Positions 11,722-26,468 are shown, counted from the first letter of the stretch. The stretch is DNA of 64,000 nt from Antedon mediterranea (GCF_964355755.1 NC_092673.1:7130001-7194000), one strand, 5' to 3'. Translations and numbers: made by a program. Notes: generated by a model from the letters alone, not told the origin.

Positions 11722-13374
11722 TTGAATGCATTACACTGTATTATTTAAAATATGAATGTCCGATTAAGCCTGGTTAGCAATAGAAACAAAACGGGTAAAG
11801 CTATTACATCATAGAAAATAATCATTTCTTCGTATAGGCCTACTCAGTATTGCATGGTTTTGTAGTTATATTTACATGTAGATTAGTTTAGTTGTTTGTA
11901 GTTTGTTTAGTTTTGCACGGTGGTTTTAAGATTTTATTTGAAAAAAAAAAAATTAATGTTCAGTAATTATATTTCGATTACAGCTCCCTTCAATTCGCTC
12001 TCTCGTGCTATAGGCCTTACTTCAGTATAACTTGATTTACCCATAATTATTACTCTCATAAAAATATGAAATATGGTAAACGTTACTAATTATAAATGTG
12101 ATTTTAAAGTAGAAAGAAGGATAAAACGAAATAGAGAAATATATACTGGTAAAGTATTATAATATCGTAGTATTGTGTACACTAATCAAAATGATCTTTT
12201 ACAAATTAAACATTCAGCTGAATGTTAGGTCTAAAGAATAGGCCATAACAATGAAATCTAGATTGCGACATGTTTTAATTAAGTGCCAACAATGATATTA
12301 CAAACGCTAGTACTGTAGTCTTTTATATTTTAATTCTTAATTATGCACCTTTGTGTAGACCTAACAACAGTGTGGTAGTTGTGCTATGGTGTACGTTCGT
12401 TCTCAGCTGATTGTATTGGGCTTAAAATGCAATTTTTATTACATTTCAAATGCTGCATATTTTCATATATTTTTCAACAAATGCAATTTTATTGTTTTGC
12501 ATATTTTTTTGTTATACCTATATATTTTTAATTTGGCAGAAATTTAATTTTCGATTATGAATGATCACTGTAAGTTTTTGAGTCTTATTCGTTCATTTGA
12601 GACCAAATAAAAAAGTATTAGTTTAGTCCGGTTATTTGAATTGTTTTGTTTAATTAGAGGCTTCTATTTTATTGTGGATGTACCGAAATTAGTAGTTTAA
12701 GGGACAACCATGTTTACACACTTCGGAATGCTTGACGACCATATACATTTTCGATGAAAACAATTAATCATTCCAACGTTATCTATCATTTATATGTATA
12801 CAGTGTTGATTTAAGGTAGATAAAGATAGTTAAAATACTCAGCTTAAATGCTGAACACTTTCTAATTATTGTGCTGTAGATAAGTTTTTGATTTTCCTTA
12901 TATTTTACATTATTTTAAGTTTATTTAATATCGTTTGTTATTTTTCCAATCGTTTTATTTATATAAATCGTTACATTCATTTAAACCAATATGGTTTCAT
13001 CTATTCTTTGAAGGTACAGTTGTTATATTATTTATAATTTTTGAGATATCGGTTTATGAGGTTGAAAGTACTTGAAACTGTCAGTGCTGTCATATAATTC
13101 TAAAATAATAGGGATTGGGATAAAATAATACTTTCAATTATGATATTATTTTAATACAGTGCCTCATTTCGGCATTGTAAAATTATTGACTTTTGAATAA
13201 TAAATCTGGATTAAAAGTTTACATTATTTTAAGGTTATTTATCATTTGTTACTTTTCGAAACGTTTTAATCTCTGCAACGAAATTGAAATCCTACAAAAT
13301 GGGGTTTATCATCTAAAATTAATGGACTTATAGCTTATACATAAATACTAGCTTATTAGGTAATTTTGAAAACT

Positions 13375-13645
13375 GATATAATTGTCCCCCTAAAAATATT
13401 CCATTTTAATGTCACATAATAGTTAATCACTAAATTGTCTATCAGACAATGGGTTTTGGTTAAAATTAAGCATTTCTTTTGTGTTTTTATAAGTAAAATA
13501 ATTATTTGTGTTGATTTTTTTTCTACAGAAATTATTAACTTTATTAAAAGTGCAAAATGGCCTATTCAAATTCTGATTTTATTCATCTTTATTTTTCAGG
13601 GTTTTTTGTTGGGGGGGGGGGGGGAGGGTAGAATACATTTTTAAG
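13375..13645 (+). mobile_element. Kolobok-like MITE family, internally deleted copy
   Basis: ATTGTCCCCC start, CCATTTTAATGTCACATAAT core, GGG...AATACATTTTTAA end. Confidence 0.65.
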
Positions 13646-16600
13646 GAAAGTCACTGATTTAAATAAAAGAAAAAAGTTTTGATGAATCTGCTACATCTAC
13701 TAAGTGTTATAAAACAACCTGAAATGAAAGACTGTATTTAGGCCTACTACGTGTCTTCTTGGAAGTTCCTGGATACAATTAAGCGCGGCTTGAATGGTCC
13801 TTCACAAAATTATGGCCAGATTTCGTGGTCAAAGTATGTTTCAATACATTAGGTACGTTGAAAGTTAAGCCTCTGACTAATCTACACTAAATCTATTTTT
13901 AATAAAAATGAGGGATAAAAAAGAATAGACCACGATGTTCTTTATTTACCACGATCTTTGGACATGAACGTGTCCAACGCATGAGGGCGATAACAGGCAA
14001 TGTCCTTCGAGGTGAATGACCTCGCTTTAGAGGTCATATAATTTGCCAGGTCTTTAAAAACTATAGTCCGCGAATCCTTGGGTTTAATGGAAAGACAACA
14101 GACAGTAATACTGGTAATAATTGAGTTTTATGTCCTAATATATGAGTCTATAATTGATATTAGTGTTCTTATACAATGGATTTGAATATGATTACTGTAC
14201 ATTTTCTGTATAAGAAAACAGTAAACTATTAGTATAAGAAATGATATACTATAGTAATAATATGTAGCCTAGTTAGTCCGTTTTATACGTGAGTTTAGTT
14301 ACCTTAACTGATGAAAATTGAAGAGAAAGAGAGAAACATCTCAGCCTGAAATAGAAATTGAAGAAAAATCTTAGCTGGTGTTATTGGTAGATACTAATAA
14401 TGTATTATTGTATTATCAGTTCCTCATCCATAGTTAGGCTCAGGGAAATACGGTTCTAATTTTGCTATGAAGGAAATAAATCTTTTATTTTCTTCTTCAT
14501 GTTATATTATAAATAAATAAAAAACATACATTTAGGCCTAATCTTTCTAAAACTAATATTTTGTTTACGATACTGATTTTCATTTTACATGTAACACGCG
14601 ATAGACCATGTTGTTGTAATGACTGAAATTCATGTAAATAGAATGGTTCATCTCACATACAAAAACAAAGAAAGAAAGAAAGAAATGTCGATTAGACACG
14701 CGAGGGAATGGTAAAGGATTGTTTTTCAGTTTGTATGAATAGGCGTATTCGACTTATCACTCGCAAACACCTCGCAGTCATCTACTGTCATTGCTTGCAT
14801 ATAGAGAAGAGTTTGAGGTGAGGCGTTAGATTTCAGATTATTTAAATTTGTATTTTAGGCGCTTTGGGGCAATCTGCTGATTGTTCAAAGCGATATATAA
14901 ATTCGAAAAACAGCCCTGTCGGATAAGCCTAATAACCATATCCATTCAATTCGCTGAAAGTTTTGAATAAGTCAATAACGCCCTCTATTATTGATTTTGT
15001 ATAGAATAATACGGTTTGATCTCCGGCAGTATTTTCTCTGTTTTGAGGTCAGCCAGTATCTGGGTCAGACTACTTTTTCAACATAATCAACACAAAGGTC
15101 TAACTAAAGCAATTTATATTTCGATTTAGAGAGGAATTACGTAGACTTATGTTATGATGTTATTCATATATTGACCATTCATGGCGGATTTCCATGATAT
15201 TAACAGTGCAGTGTTATAGCTCGATGATTTAAATAGACACCGATGAAGCCGAATACACATGGTTTTCTTTCTACGGTATTCGTTTGATGTACCCTCAGGC
15301 CGGAAATATAATGTAAAATAGATCTATAGAGTACTATATTATTTCGGATATATATGTAATCACTGTGGAATACATAATTACGTTGATAGAAACCACCATT
15401 TCTTTTGACATCATTGAGAATAGTAGGCCAAATCGGTACACAAAGCCGATTTGTATTGACGCCCTCTATTAAAACTTTGTCTTATACTGTATTATGCGTA
15501 CCTACGGTACGCATATTTGATGAGTGTAAACTTCAATTTCATATAGTGTGAAAAGGGTAATATTAATCGTCTTAATAGTAATAATACACACTTAGGTAAC
15601 ACCAGTATTTGTAATGTAATTTATAGCTCTAGCGCAGTGGGAATAGCCACTTTCTTTGTTTTTCGCAAATAACGGTCTTTAGTAGTCTTTTTTATAAATG
15701 AATTCACCAGGATTTGAACGTGACACCGGTAAGCAACCACCGATCTACACATTCGCGTATACACCTACTACAAGTTATATGGTTGCCTGGCTATAATCTC
15801 TTAAATGGATAACAACAGATAACACCATATTATGCACAAAGAGATTTTCAAAACCACATGAAAGCGGCAAACTCAAAACAAGAGGAAAACAGTGGCTTAG
15901 CAGTGGATCAAAATTATGTACAATTACTAAATATTAATAATAATACATACATAGTATGGTCGGGAAATTGCGTTGTGTATCTGGAGGCAATGTTTCACTT
16001 TTAGCCTTTTGTAGTAGCTGGTGGTGGGCAATGGCAATGGGCCATGTAGTGTGCTGGAAGATGTCCGATCGTTAGTAGGCCTAGATGTCAGGGCGGATCG
16101 GGGGAGGGGGGGGGGGCTACTTTTCTGTATACATTAGTTGACATTTGACATAGCAGACTATTTGTTTTATCTTTTGTGAACATATCAGACTATTAACATT
16201 ATGTTAACGAACCCCGTTTAAAAAATCCGTAAACAGCTGGAAAAGTTCATAGTAGAAACTCTTGAATTAGAAATAATTATTGTATACCAAAATCATTTAT
16301 AAAATTATAATACTTTTAATTTCTCTGCCTAATATTTTTACTCACAGAACCCGAAAACAATCAATAATTTTGTTTAGAAAACAGAAAAAAGTCTGTATGG
16401 GCCAGAGGCACAACGTTATTGAATAAAAAGCCAGGCAAAGCGCGTGGATGATAAATGGGCATTTTGTCAAGAATGTCGTGAACATACACTGGTCTAATCA
16501 TGTAGGAAAACAAAAAATCCTCCATGGTCTATGCAACTTTACAAGTGATGTTCAAATATAATAGACAGAAATGGTGAGCCCCGATGACATATGATATAAA

Positions 16601-17444
16601 TCTCCTAATGTTTTTGTATGCGGTAATGATATTAAACAATTAAATGTTCAAAAATGTGTAAAAGCAATGGTCTATTATGTTCGTTTACCACTTCGGTCTA
16701 TATTGGGCCTACGCAGTGTTCTTGAGTCAGTTTTGTCTAGCCTACACTGCGCTCAACCATAATGCGTGTACTATTGTGTAAGAGGGAACCTCAAGCAAAT
16801 TGAGCATTTTGTATTTATACGCGAATTTATCAATCTATTACAATTGCAAGGATTGTTTTTTTTTAATAATTGATAGTCGTAGTCTTGCCTTTTCCCCTCT
16901 GGCATTGACATTGTCGATTACTGTCTACATTTTCTATATCCTCATTTGTTTTTAGCGTATCAACATTGTGACTCCTTACGTCCGTAATATTAATTAATTC
17001 TGCACAAAAAATGTCGAACATTAATATAGTCAACTAGCGAAAAGCCGAGCAAGTTACGGTAACTTAAGAAAATGATCCTAATACAAGGTAGTGATATTAA
17101 ACAATAAATCGTACTAAGTTTTCACGCACGTTCATTATTTTTCGTATCAGAATAATATGTAGGCCTACTGAAATTGTTATTGTCGTCAATTTATCACGTG
17201 ACCCTGCAGGCAATTACTGTTGTATTTCAGAGAATTAAAAATGATTTAAACAATACGCAGAACTTGATTAATTATACCTCGCGTAATACATGTTGCTGAG
17301 TTTGAGAAACAAGAGACGATATTGATGAGAAAGAAATCCAAACATTTAGATGAAGTGTAAACACACTTATTACTAATATCTGTGTAAGCGCTTATCCGTA
17401 TACGAGGGAAATTATCAGTTAAGTTTTACATTGTGGTCACTCTG

Positions 17445-17630
17445 AGATGAATTGTCCCCCAAAAAATCAAGATTAATGAAAAAAAAATCAGACCTTGAAT
17501 AGGCCACATGACTAAAAAAATAATGATTTCACTTATAAAAAGACAAAATAAACGGAAACTATTTTGTGAAAGTGAATAACAATTATGTGACATTAAAATT
17601 GCATATTCAACAAAAAAAATACACAATTAT
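17445..17630 (-). mobile_element. Kolobok-like MITE family, degenerate copy
   Basis: AGATGAATTGTCCCCCAAAAAA start and ATTATGTGACATTAAAATTGCATATTCAACA core, same orientation as 25647-25990. Confidence 0.6.
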
Positions 17631-18051
17631 ATTTATTGGGGTTTTCTGCGGTGCGTGAACATTTTCTAGTTTAATTTGTAAGCCCATGTCCACAGGAGAT
17701 ATTTCCGTTCGGGTGGTGAAAATATTCAGGGGCTCACATCGATACGTATTATGTACCAGTCTCGAAATAAAATCATAAGTCCCTTGTCAACACATTTGGA
17801 TTGATCAGTTTTGCCCATCGACCTGTCTAATGTTAATCTTTTCTTCTTATCTTTGGAAAATTGTCATCATCGAAGGCTTCTGTCCATCAAGTTATATTAA
17901 TTTGCTTCATAAGGACAAGATATAGACTCATTACAATTTTAATAAGAATGTTTTACATTTTAAATACGATTTATTTTAATCGCAAAACTGTCCGACAGTA
18001 AGAAAACTCGACAAGTATTAACGACAGACGGATTCAAACAGATATACACAA

Positions 18052-18188
18052 AGATTGGTTCCCCCTTGGACGCAGCGCAAGGAAGTAAGCAATTGATTAA
18101 CCACGATGCGATAATCGTCCAAACTGTCGCTTGTGATTGGTCAATTCAGGTGCCTTGTCGTTGTGTTGCGTTCAAGTGCGAGCCAAGC
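18052..18188. mobile_element. Short palindromic MITE family (TTGGTTCCCACTAG termini), degenerate copy
   Basis: ACGCAGCGCAAGGAAGTAAG...TCGCTTGTGATTGGTCAA...TTGCGTTCAAGTG; related to 22749-22908. Confidence 0.6.
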
Positions 18189-20541
18189 GCCAACTACAAA
18201 TGAGGGAAATCTCACCCTGGTTCTGCACCATACATTGTGCCGTCCTAAAATGAATTGCAAACAATAAGAAGAATAGTTAGCATGGATAGTCTATATGGTA
18301 AAGCCCTATCATTACGGTAGTTTTTAAAAAGTGTAGGCCTAAATATACTGATACTACTAATACAATGTTGAAATGAGCTGCAGCCAAGCTTAATATCCCA
18401 CACCTCTATCGCGTATTTATGCAAATATTTATGTAAATAACAAGCGTTTATCTAAATTTTTATTTTATTTATTTATTTTTTATTCATTTTTGTTTTATAT
18501 TTAGGCCTAGCCAATTTTAGCACCAAGTATATTAATCATACTGTCAAATTTTAGAATTTGATCACCAAATATATTCTTATGGCGGATCCAGAATTTTGCA
18601 ATACGGAGTCTAGGACCTAAACAATTTTCGTTCTGAGTTAACTTAAGTGTATGCCTACAGTTCATTTTTGTTAAGTGCGGGGCGGGTGGTCCGGGTCTCC
18701 CCACTCCCTTTCCCACTTCTTTTGGTTTTACACGTTTAAATTAAATTTCTAAATCTGAATATGCCAAACTTTATGTCACCAGTTCTCTATGATATATAAT
18801 TAGTAATTCGAATTACAAATGTTTGCTGCTAGGGCATTGCGGTGACGCGCAGATTTAAGATGGGATGAAGGATACATGACAAGATACTGAAAGACTGCAC
18901 GCAATCGTGACTCAGTGAATGAAAAAAGGATAGCAGAGCCAGTGGCATGGAGCCAAGTCAAAGATAACGATCAAGTCGGAAGTCGAGTAATTTATTAAGG
19001 GTTTCTCTTGATGTTCGCTTAAAATATATTACGTATGCAGTATTAAGCACGATATCAACGACGTGTTGATTATGTCATGTTTGTGATTTAATTCAATTAT
19101 TGGTTGTTAGACATTATCTATATATCTTTATATATATTCAGTTTTAATAAAAACAAATTGTAAATAATAATTTGTCATATTTAATAAACATATTATAAAT
19201 AGCAATAAGTATTTATTTTATTATTATTGTATAAATGTTTATTCTAATCGTAGCGATATTGCGGTAACAACAACAGAAAAATAAATAAAACGCTCACAAA
19301 ATTCATTGAATGAATTTCGACTACCAGTTTGTTCGGACCAAAATTTTCTACTCCATTTACCAAAAACCAAGCTTATAACCAATCACAAGTGACAGTTCTG
19401 CACTTTATTTTTGCCGTATTAAAGTATGCGTATAAAGTTCTTAGATGATAAAGATTAAGATGGGACTTGAGTAGAATTATGCTGAGGTAGGCAATTCTAA
19501 GAAGAGACAGCAGGAACTAAAATTATTTTTGGCAATAATATTTGGAGTTAACACACCGAACAACTAATGTGTTTTAATCAAACGCGGGGGCATGTGATAT
19601 TACCATTTTACTCAGCAATGTCATTTTGCAAAACCGATCAAGTTGTGTATAAATATTTGTATATAAGTTATTACCTGTAAGCCTGTAAATAATTGAATTC
19701 GCCTGTATGAATTCAATTCTACTTATTACGCATTAAGGTAGATGTTGTTGTGAATGATACACCTTTGGTTATACAGTATATAATAACGAAAGTATTTCTC
19801 TTATTTTTTTTAAAAATTTATTTCGGTATATAAAACATTACAAAAAGCAGAACAAGTCTGAAATTATTGTAGCGCAATATATATATATCCAACTAGCTGA
19901 CTAAATCTCCAATGCAATGGCCTGTTTATGCGTACAAAGAATGATACAGTATTGGTAGGCATACTTTAGGGGGAACAGTTTCTATTTTCGCACCGCTCCT
20001 TTAGATAATCTGAGAACGGAATCATTAGGAAACAGTTGCCATGCGGTAGCTTATTGTTTATGAAAAAATGGGTATTTGGAAACGTGGACTGGGCATGCTC
20101 AAACCCAAAAGCACGTCTTGGAGAATAGAGTCTATAAACAATTTTTTAACGTAGGCATTTATCATTGAATAATGGTAACTTCATTCTTCTATGGTAAATA
20201 GTTTAGTGAATTGTGTGTGTATATCCTGGGTGTGTATAGGCCTAGATGAAGAATTGCTTGATTATTAGTAAGTACGGTACGTTTGCCGGCAGCTGTACTA
20301 TATCTGACCCTAACTCGACCTCTGATTGTTAAACAAATAAAATTGATCACTATTTATTAAATTATTAAAAAGAATATCAATTAAAAAAACATTATTTAAT
20401 GACAAAAAAGCAATAATTAAACTAAATTATTTCTTGCCACCATGTGAGTGGACGGTACTTACTCAACGGACCTATATAGTAAATTAAAAGTTGTCAAAAG
20501 ACAATACGTAGGCCTATAATAATTCATGTTTGTACAGAATT

Positions 20542-20833
20542 ACGGTTGCAGTTTTGAAAAATTATGTTACAATACAGCCCTTGTCTAGACACATTTTTTA
20601 ATTTGCACAGAAGTGTATCTTTCAAATAATTGTGTTCACAGAATTTTATATTTGAAATAATTCTGTGAACAGAATGTTTTCCTTCAAATAGTCCAGAGAA
20701 TTACTTCAAAGTAAAAATTATGTGTAATTTATTTTCAAACTACAGTACATAATTAGTGTGCAAAGTAAAAAATTGTGTCTACACAATGGCTGTATTGTGA
20801 CATAAGTATACATGTCTCAAACGGCGCCCCCGT
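20542..20833. mobile_element. MITE with long imperfect inverted repeats
   Basis: TTATGTTACAATACAGCCCTTGTCTAGACACA...TTTGCACA (20562-20609) pairs with TGTGCAAA...TGTGTCTACACAATGGCTGTATTGTGACATAA (20757-20805). ACAGAAT occurs on both flanks. A similar terminus ACGGGGCGCCGT begins at ~63936. Confidence 0.7.
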
Positions 20834-21460
20834 ACAGAATACGTCTGTCAATATAGAATCCATAGCGTGCACTATTTATTAACCGGTGGACAAATGTCTC
20901 CCTTGAGCTGGGACTCCAGTCTCTGAACCATGCTTTAAGACTTCAATCGGAAATCAGTTGATGAAATAAATCTAGCGTGGACATTCGAACGAGACGGGTA
21001 TACTCCGAGTCAATGTCCAGAATAATTCACACCGCAGAGGCTCCCCGTGAGTATATTCCAATTAAAACTATTAAATTGATTGCGTGTATCATGTTAGAGT
21101 TAATTTCTTATTAATTCGTTTCCGTCCCTTATGCGGTGCGTTTAAAATAAAATAAAATAAAACAAATAATTCTTCTTTCGCCTTGTTAAATAAAGGAATA
21201 AATATATTACGGTTTGTTATCGTATCATATGTTCACTATCGGGAATATTTTAGAAAAATGACTTAGTGTTAACATGGACCAAGCGTTTATATCATATTCT
21301 GTGGAAACGTACATTATGGAAGGAAATATTAATCATGCCATCATAATTTAATGTTCAATGTTCATGTTTATATGATTTGTATGTACCTAAATACCTGGAC
21401 TTTGTCAAAACAATCATAAACCTCAACTGTCGATTGCCATTGGCCAACTCGATTGATTAC

Positions 21461-21549
21461 AGCTTGGTTTCCACTGTACGCACAGCCGAGTTGACCAATG
21501 ACAAACGACTGTTCGGATAATCCATCGCTTGTTCTAGTGGGAATCAAGT
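21461..21549. mobile_element. Short palindromic MITE family, internally deleted copy
   Basis: AGCTTGGTTTCCACT...TTGACCAATGACAAACGA...TTCGGATAATCCATCGCTTG...CTAGTGGGAATCAAG. Confidence 0.65.
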
Positions 21550-22748
21550 ATGCATACTTTATATAAATAGATAGAAAAATAGTTCATATACTTGAAATTG
21601 GCTATAATTTAGTTGTAAAATCTCTAACGACAGTTCAAATTAGACAATATCTGTTGATGTTGTTTTAAAAGAATTACTCGCATTTATTCGATTTATAATA
21701 AAGTTTTTAAAATAGTCCCCGAAGAATACTTTTGCAGTCATTTAGCCTAAACGCAATAATATGAATCATGATATATATAAATTAGTCTTAAAATCATTTC
21801 CGATCGTGAGCTACGTATTTAGTGATGAATTGAGTTTGTATACCTTCATTTCGTTCATTCATTAACTTATTTAGCGTGATTACACAGCTTTTGCAGCATA
21901 GCGTGCTATCCAACTTCCGTTATGTCGTAGAGTAGTAGACAGCACAGAACATCCGCACCCCGGGATAAAGAGTATGGGGGATCTATCAATTTTGCATTTG
22001 AGTGATAATTTGTTACAAAAATTGTATCCATTGACTCCTACGTAATAAACAGTTATATACGGGTTGTTCACACCCGTTAATTCGTTAAAAAGGTGTGTCG
22101 GTACGTTGAAAGGTGGATGGAAACCGAATATTTCTAAATGTCCGACACATTCCTGGAGGATCGCCGTATATTTAACAATATTACATTACACGGTTGCGGT
22201 GAATCTATTGTATATAAAAATATTTTTAAGTAGGTCTACGTTTTTCATTTGTGTGTTCGAGCATCTTCTGCAACAATTTACATCGTAAAACGCTGAAACT
22301 GACCAATCATACCCATTCAAAACTTTATGGTGGCGTTTAAATCTATATGCAGTTAAAATATGCTAAAACCGATATAACGAAATGTAATGCGAGTGTACGT
22401 TTGTTGATTAATGAAAAGACAAGATATATCTTGTTACACAGAGTGACATCCCGCATGGTAAGTTTTAATATATTAATAAAGGCACATTTATATATATATC
22501 ATTACTACATCTGAAACACAACGTATACAGTAGGCCTAATAATAAAATAGCATTTAAAGTATTGGGAGAATCCTAATACTTTAAAAACAAAATAAATTAA
22601 TTAAAATATTTATTATAATAGTGTATAACTAATTAAAAATTTTTTTTGATAACTCGTTTATGATGCGCTTTATTAACGTTTTGAATACGCAACAATGCGT
22701 TTTATCATTAAGCTTAATAATAACATTTCGGATTGGTCAAATCACTAA

Positions 22749-22908
22749 AGGTTGGTTCCCACTCTAGAACGCAACGCAAGGACGTAAAGGCAACGCAACC
22801 GACTTGACCAATGACAAGCGATAGTTCGGATAATCCATTGCTTGTGGTTGGTTAAGTTATTTACGTTGCGCTTACGTCATTGCGTTACGTCCTAGTGGGA
22901 ACCAATCT
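22749..22908. mobile_element. Short palindromic MITE family, best copy (possibly PIF/Harbinger-derived)
   Basis: TTGGTTCCCACT..TAGAACGCAACGCAAGGACGTAA / TTACGTCATTGCGTTACGTCCTAGTGGGAACCAA; the whole element folds back. Four copies in the window. Superfamily is a guess. Confidence 0.75.
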
Positions 22909-23625
22909 TTCGTTGCCCTTACGTCCTTGAGTTGTGAGAATGAAACTATTTTTAGAATGCGTTCTATTACTATTTTTGATACGGTATTAGGCCTAGGCGT
23001 TTTTGTTTTTTTTATGTGTTATATTACCGTTTTTACGCGTTTTGTATTGTTAAAATGCGTTTTATTACCGATTAGGCATAATCAATCTACATTGCAGACG
23101 CACATCAATTATACAATTAAAACTGCAGATTGAACGAAATGAATAGTAATTTAAGGGTAACATTTCAATTGTCTTTCTAGTTTAAGTTTCTATTAATATT
23201 ATGCAATTAGAGGAATTTCCATAATCTGCAATGAGAAGTTCGTCGATCCGGATATCCTTGATTTCAAGTGTCAATAGGCGTTCCGTCTGTTTAATTTCAT
23301 AACGATTTTACTACTTAAAAAGTACTTGACTTAAAATCAACGTAATAACGATTTAGGTATAAAAAGTACAACATAGGTTTAAGTACATTGTTGGTTCCAT
23401 ATTGTCATCACCGTATTATCAGGAGGAATGTGTATTATGTTATTTCATTTTATTGTTGATTTTAAATGACATGCGAGTTTGTTACTATATGGTAATTTAT
23501 TATTATTTGCACAAGGTCATTGCTAATCTTATAAATCATATATCACAAACGTACAATAGAAATAATAAGCTGCGTATGTGCGTGATGTAAACGAACGTTG
23601 GCCAAGTTGAATATTATGCCTACAC

Positions 23626-23707
23626 CACTGTAAAAATAGTGTTTATCTATTTTGTACCCTTGTGGAAAAAGTTGGTACAAAAAACACGAAACACTAATTT
23701 TACAGTG
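23626..23707. mobile_element. 82-bp mini element with CACTGTAAAA termini (EnSpm/CACTA-like)
   Basis: CACTGTAAAAATAGTGTTT / AAACACTAATTTTACAGTG inverted termini, inner TTTTGTACC / GGTACAAAA. Confidence 0.65.
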
Positions 23708-24679
23708 TAGTGAGTGTGGGGTAGGCTATAATATACTATTACCATCAGGACTAGAAGGCGATATAAGCAGTTTACATCAATTTGTCCTTCAAATGAGATA
23801 TGAAATATCGTAGATATAAAACATGACTACTGTGTTTTCAATATGAAATATAAGATTTGTAATGGAACATTGAAAAAATGGAAAATTTAAAAAGTCATTG
23901 TTGAAAAGACAAACATCGTTTTTTAATAACCATTCAAATATTTAAATTCGAATATATTCATCTCTTTTTTATTCTCTTTTTTTAAATCAATTGTTATCGT
24001 CTTTTTTATTTAGGCCTATATTTTACGTAATTGTATTTTTTTTAAATGTAAATGGAGGTAAAGGTGTTTTTATAACATCGAAATCATTTTATGTACATAC
24101 AGTGTATAATAAAAGTGGGACGAATCCACACAATACAAAAAAAAATCTCTTTTAGGAAAAAACATACCGTAATAAAATACACATTTGATCTGAAATCCAT
24201 AAAGTCCATAGCAAACAAAAATTAAAATGGTTTTATCAAATTAAATAAAATATTAAGATCATTGTCCAATAATAGACCAATTTTGGTTTGTAAAAGTAAA
24301 ACAATGGTTTATAGGACAGAATAAGTAGTGTGTCGGAATTTAGTAATTTAGTTCGCGGAGTAAAACAACAGTAATTAGTGGTTTTGTTTCAAATGCGCAA
24401 CAGTCGTGTAGGCTCGAACAGTTAAACGTGCAATAGAACCATTAAATAGTATACAAATAATGAATGTTTATGAGTGCGATTGTACAAATAATCTCATGAG
24501 GTGAAAGATGAATTTTTTTGTACCATCACAGTTCCGTAGAACTGCTGCTATTATATTTCACGCATGTTTTTTTTTCGTACGCGAGAAGATTTTTTCGTAC
24601 AGGAAAACTTTTTTTTTTAAAGTGCTATTACACGATCGTGTAGAAGTTTACCCCGGTGTGTAATATATTCATGTTAGCA

Positions 24680-24795
24680 ACACAGTGCACTAGTACACGA
24701 GCCACTGTCACGCACAGCCACTCTTCATAACTGTGCCCTCTGGGAGAACAGTCTCTGACCAGTGTAAAGAATAAATAAATAATAATAATAATAAA
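24680..24795 (+). mobile_element. Possible SINE or LINE 3' end with (AAT)n tail
   Basis: GC-richer 90-bp body ending abruptly in AATAAATAAAT(AAT)n. No TSD seen. Confidence 0.35.
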
Positions 24796-25646
24796 TTAAA
24801 TACTACGTACTATCGCACGCAATGTGAAGACCCACAATCGTTCAATCAAACGGTAATGTATGGAGTTAGATGCTTAAGCCAATGAGAAATGTATTTATTG
24901 AAGATATAAATAATACCGGTAACACATGGTTAATTTCCATGAAATACCGTACTATAAAAAAAATAGTTCGAATCAGAATTACTTTTTTATCATGTATACG
25001 TGTGTTTGTATAAGTGCTTTTCGGAAATAGAATGTTGGATATTGTCCAATGCTTACTCTGATATGATATAATCAATTTAAATATTGCGCGCACTTTTTTA
25101 TTTTCTTATTTAGGCCTATTTTATAGACAAGAAAAAAGGGAAAGTATAACAAAATGTGAATAGTTATGGTACTAATGCTTTACTCTGAAAGCCAATAATT
25201 ACCATATTTAGTCGATTTATTTCCCTTTCTATTTCTATGTTTTAATAGTGAATTGTAAGCCTATCAAGATTCAAGATTACTTTATTGTCAAAAATATATA
25301 ATTTGAAATTTGTCTTTCTCAAAGATAGCCTAAGGCAACAAACAGAAAATATATATTGATGAAATTATATATTTCTAATTCTTTATAAATGTAAATTTTG
25401 TTACATGAGATCTGTGAGACAACTCATGAGACAAATGTTAAAATAAATATAAAATAAAAAAAGAAATTGGTCTACAAAAACAAAATAAGAATAAAACACT
25501 AGTAATTTCGGTTGCAAAAAAAGAGGTATTTTTATTGCAATTATTTATATAATAATACACTGAAATCTAAAAAAAAGAAAAAAAAAACATAATAGGAATA
25601 ATATACAATTTGCTCAAAACGAGACAAATACTTCAAAATATATCAA

Positions 25647-25990
25647 AGATGTATTGTCTCCCAAAAACATGAAAAATGAAGATTAATCAGACTTTGAATA
25701 TGTTATTTTGTAGTTTTAATAAAGTTAAAAGTAAACTTCCGTAGAAAAAAAAATGAAAAAAAAATATTGTTTTCACTCATAAAATGACAAAATAAATGGT
25801 AACATTTCACCAAAAACCATTGGCTGGCAGCCAATTTGACCATTTTTTGCTTTAAATTACAGTTTTATCAGGTACGGTAGGCCTAAATACATTTTTTTTC
25901 GATCCTATTTTTGGTCAAAGTGGATAATTATTATGTGACATTAAAATGGCATATTCAACACAAAAAAATGTTCAGGGGAACAATACATCT
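25647..25990 (-). mobile_element. Kolobok-like MITE, best-preserved copy
   Basis: Terminal inverted repeats AGATGTATTGT / ACAATACATCT flanked by TCAA and TTAA. TTAA target plus AG terminus fits Kolobok (superfamily inferred). At least six related copies in the window. Confidence 0.75.
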
Positions 25991-26468
25991 TTAACTAATT
26001 TAAGGAGGAAAGTATCAAGAATTAAATGAAAATATAAATCTATATTAATATTATCTTTTTTTAATACATTTACGGTACCTTATGGAATCAAACTAATTAT
26101 GCATTTCAATAAAACATAATGGTTTGTTTGTAGATAAGCGGCAACTAAATAATATCTTTATAAATCATACAAGATGAATCGGTATTGTATTTGTATATTA
26201 AATGCATGATTTAAACGGATGATTTGTGTGGGTTTCATTGTGGTCTCGTGGGTTACGTGTGCCCATGACTCCCACACGCTCTTTGTCGGCTTCCTGTTTT
26301 TATGTCTTTTAAATTAACAAATAAAAAAACCGCTTACATAAAATGTTACATTATCGAAAGCAATGGACTTAATCAAAATGTCTTCCCTTTGAATTAATTT
26401 GTTTTTATTTATTTATCTGATATTTTTATACGGTACTGCATACCGTAACAAAAGTATAGAGTAAATAT

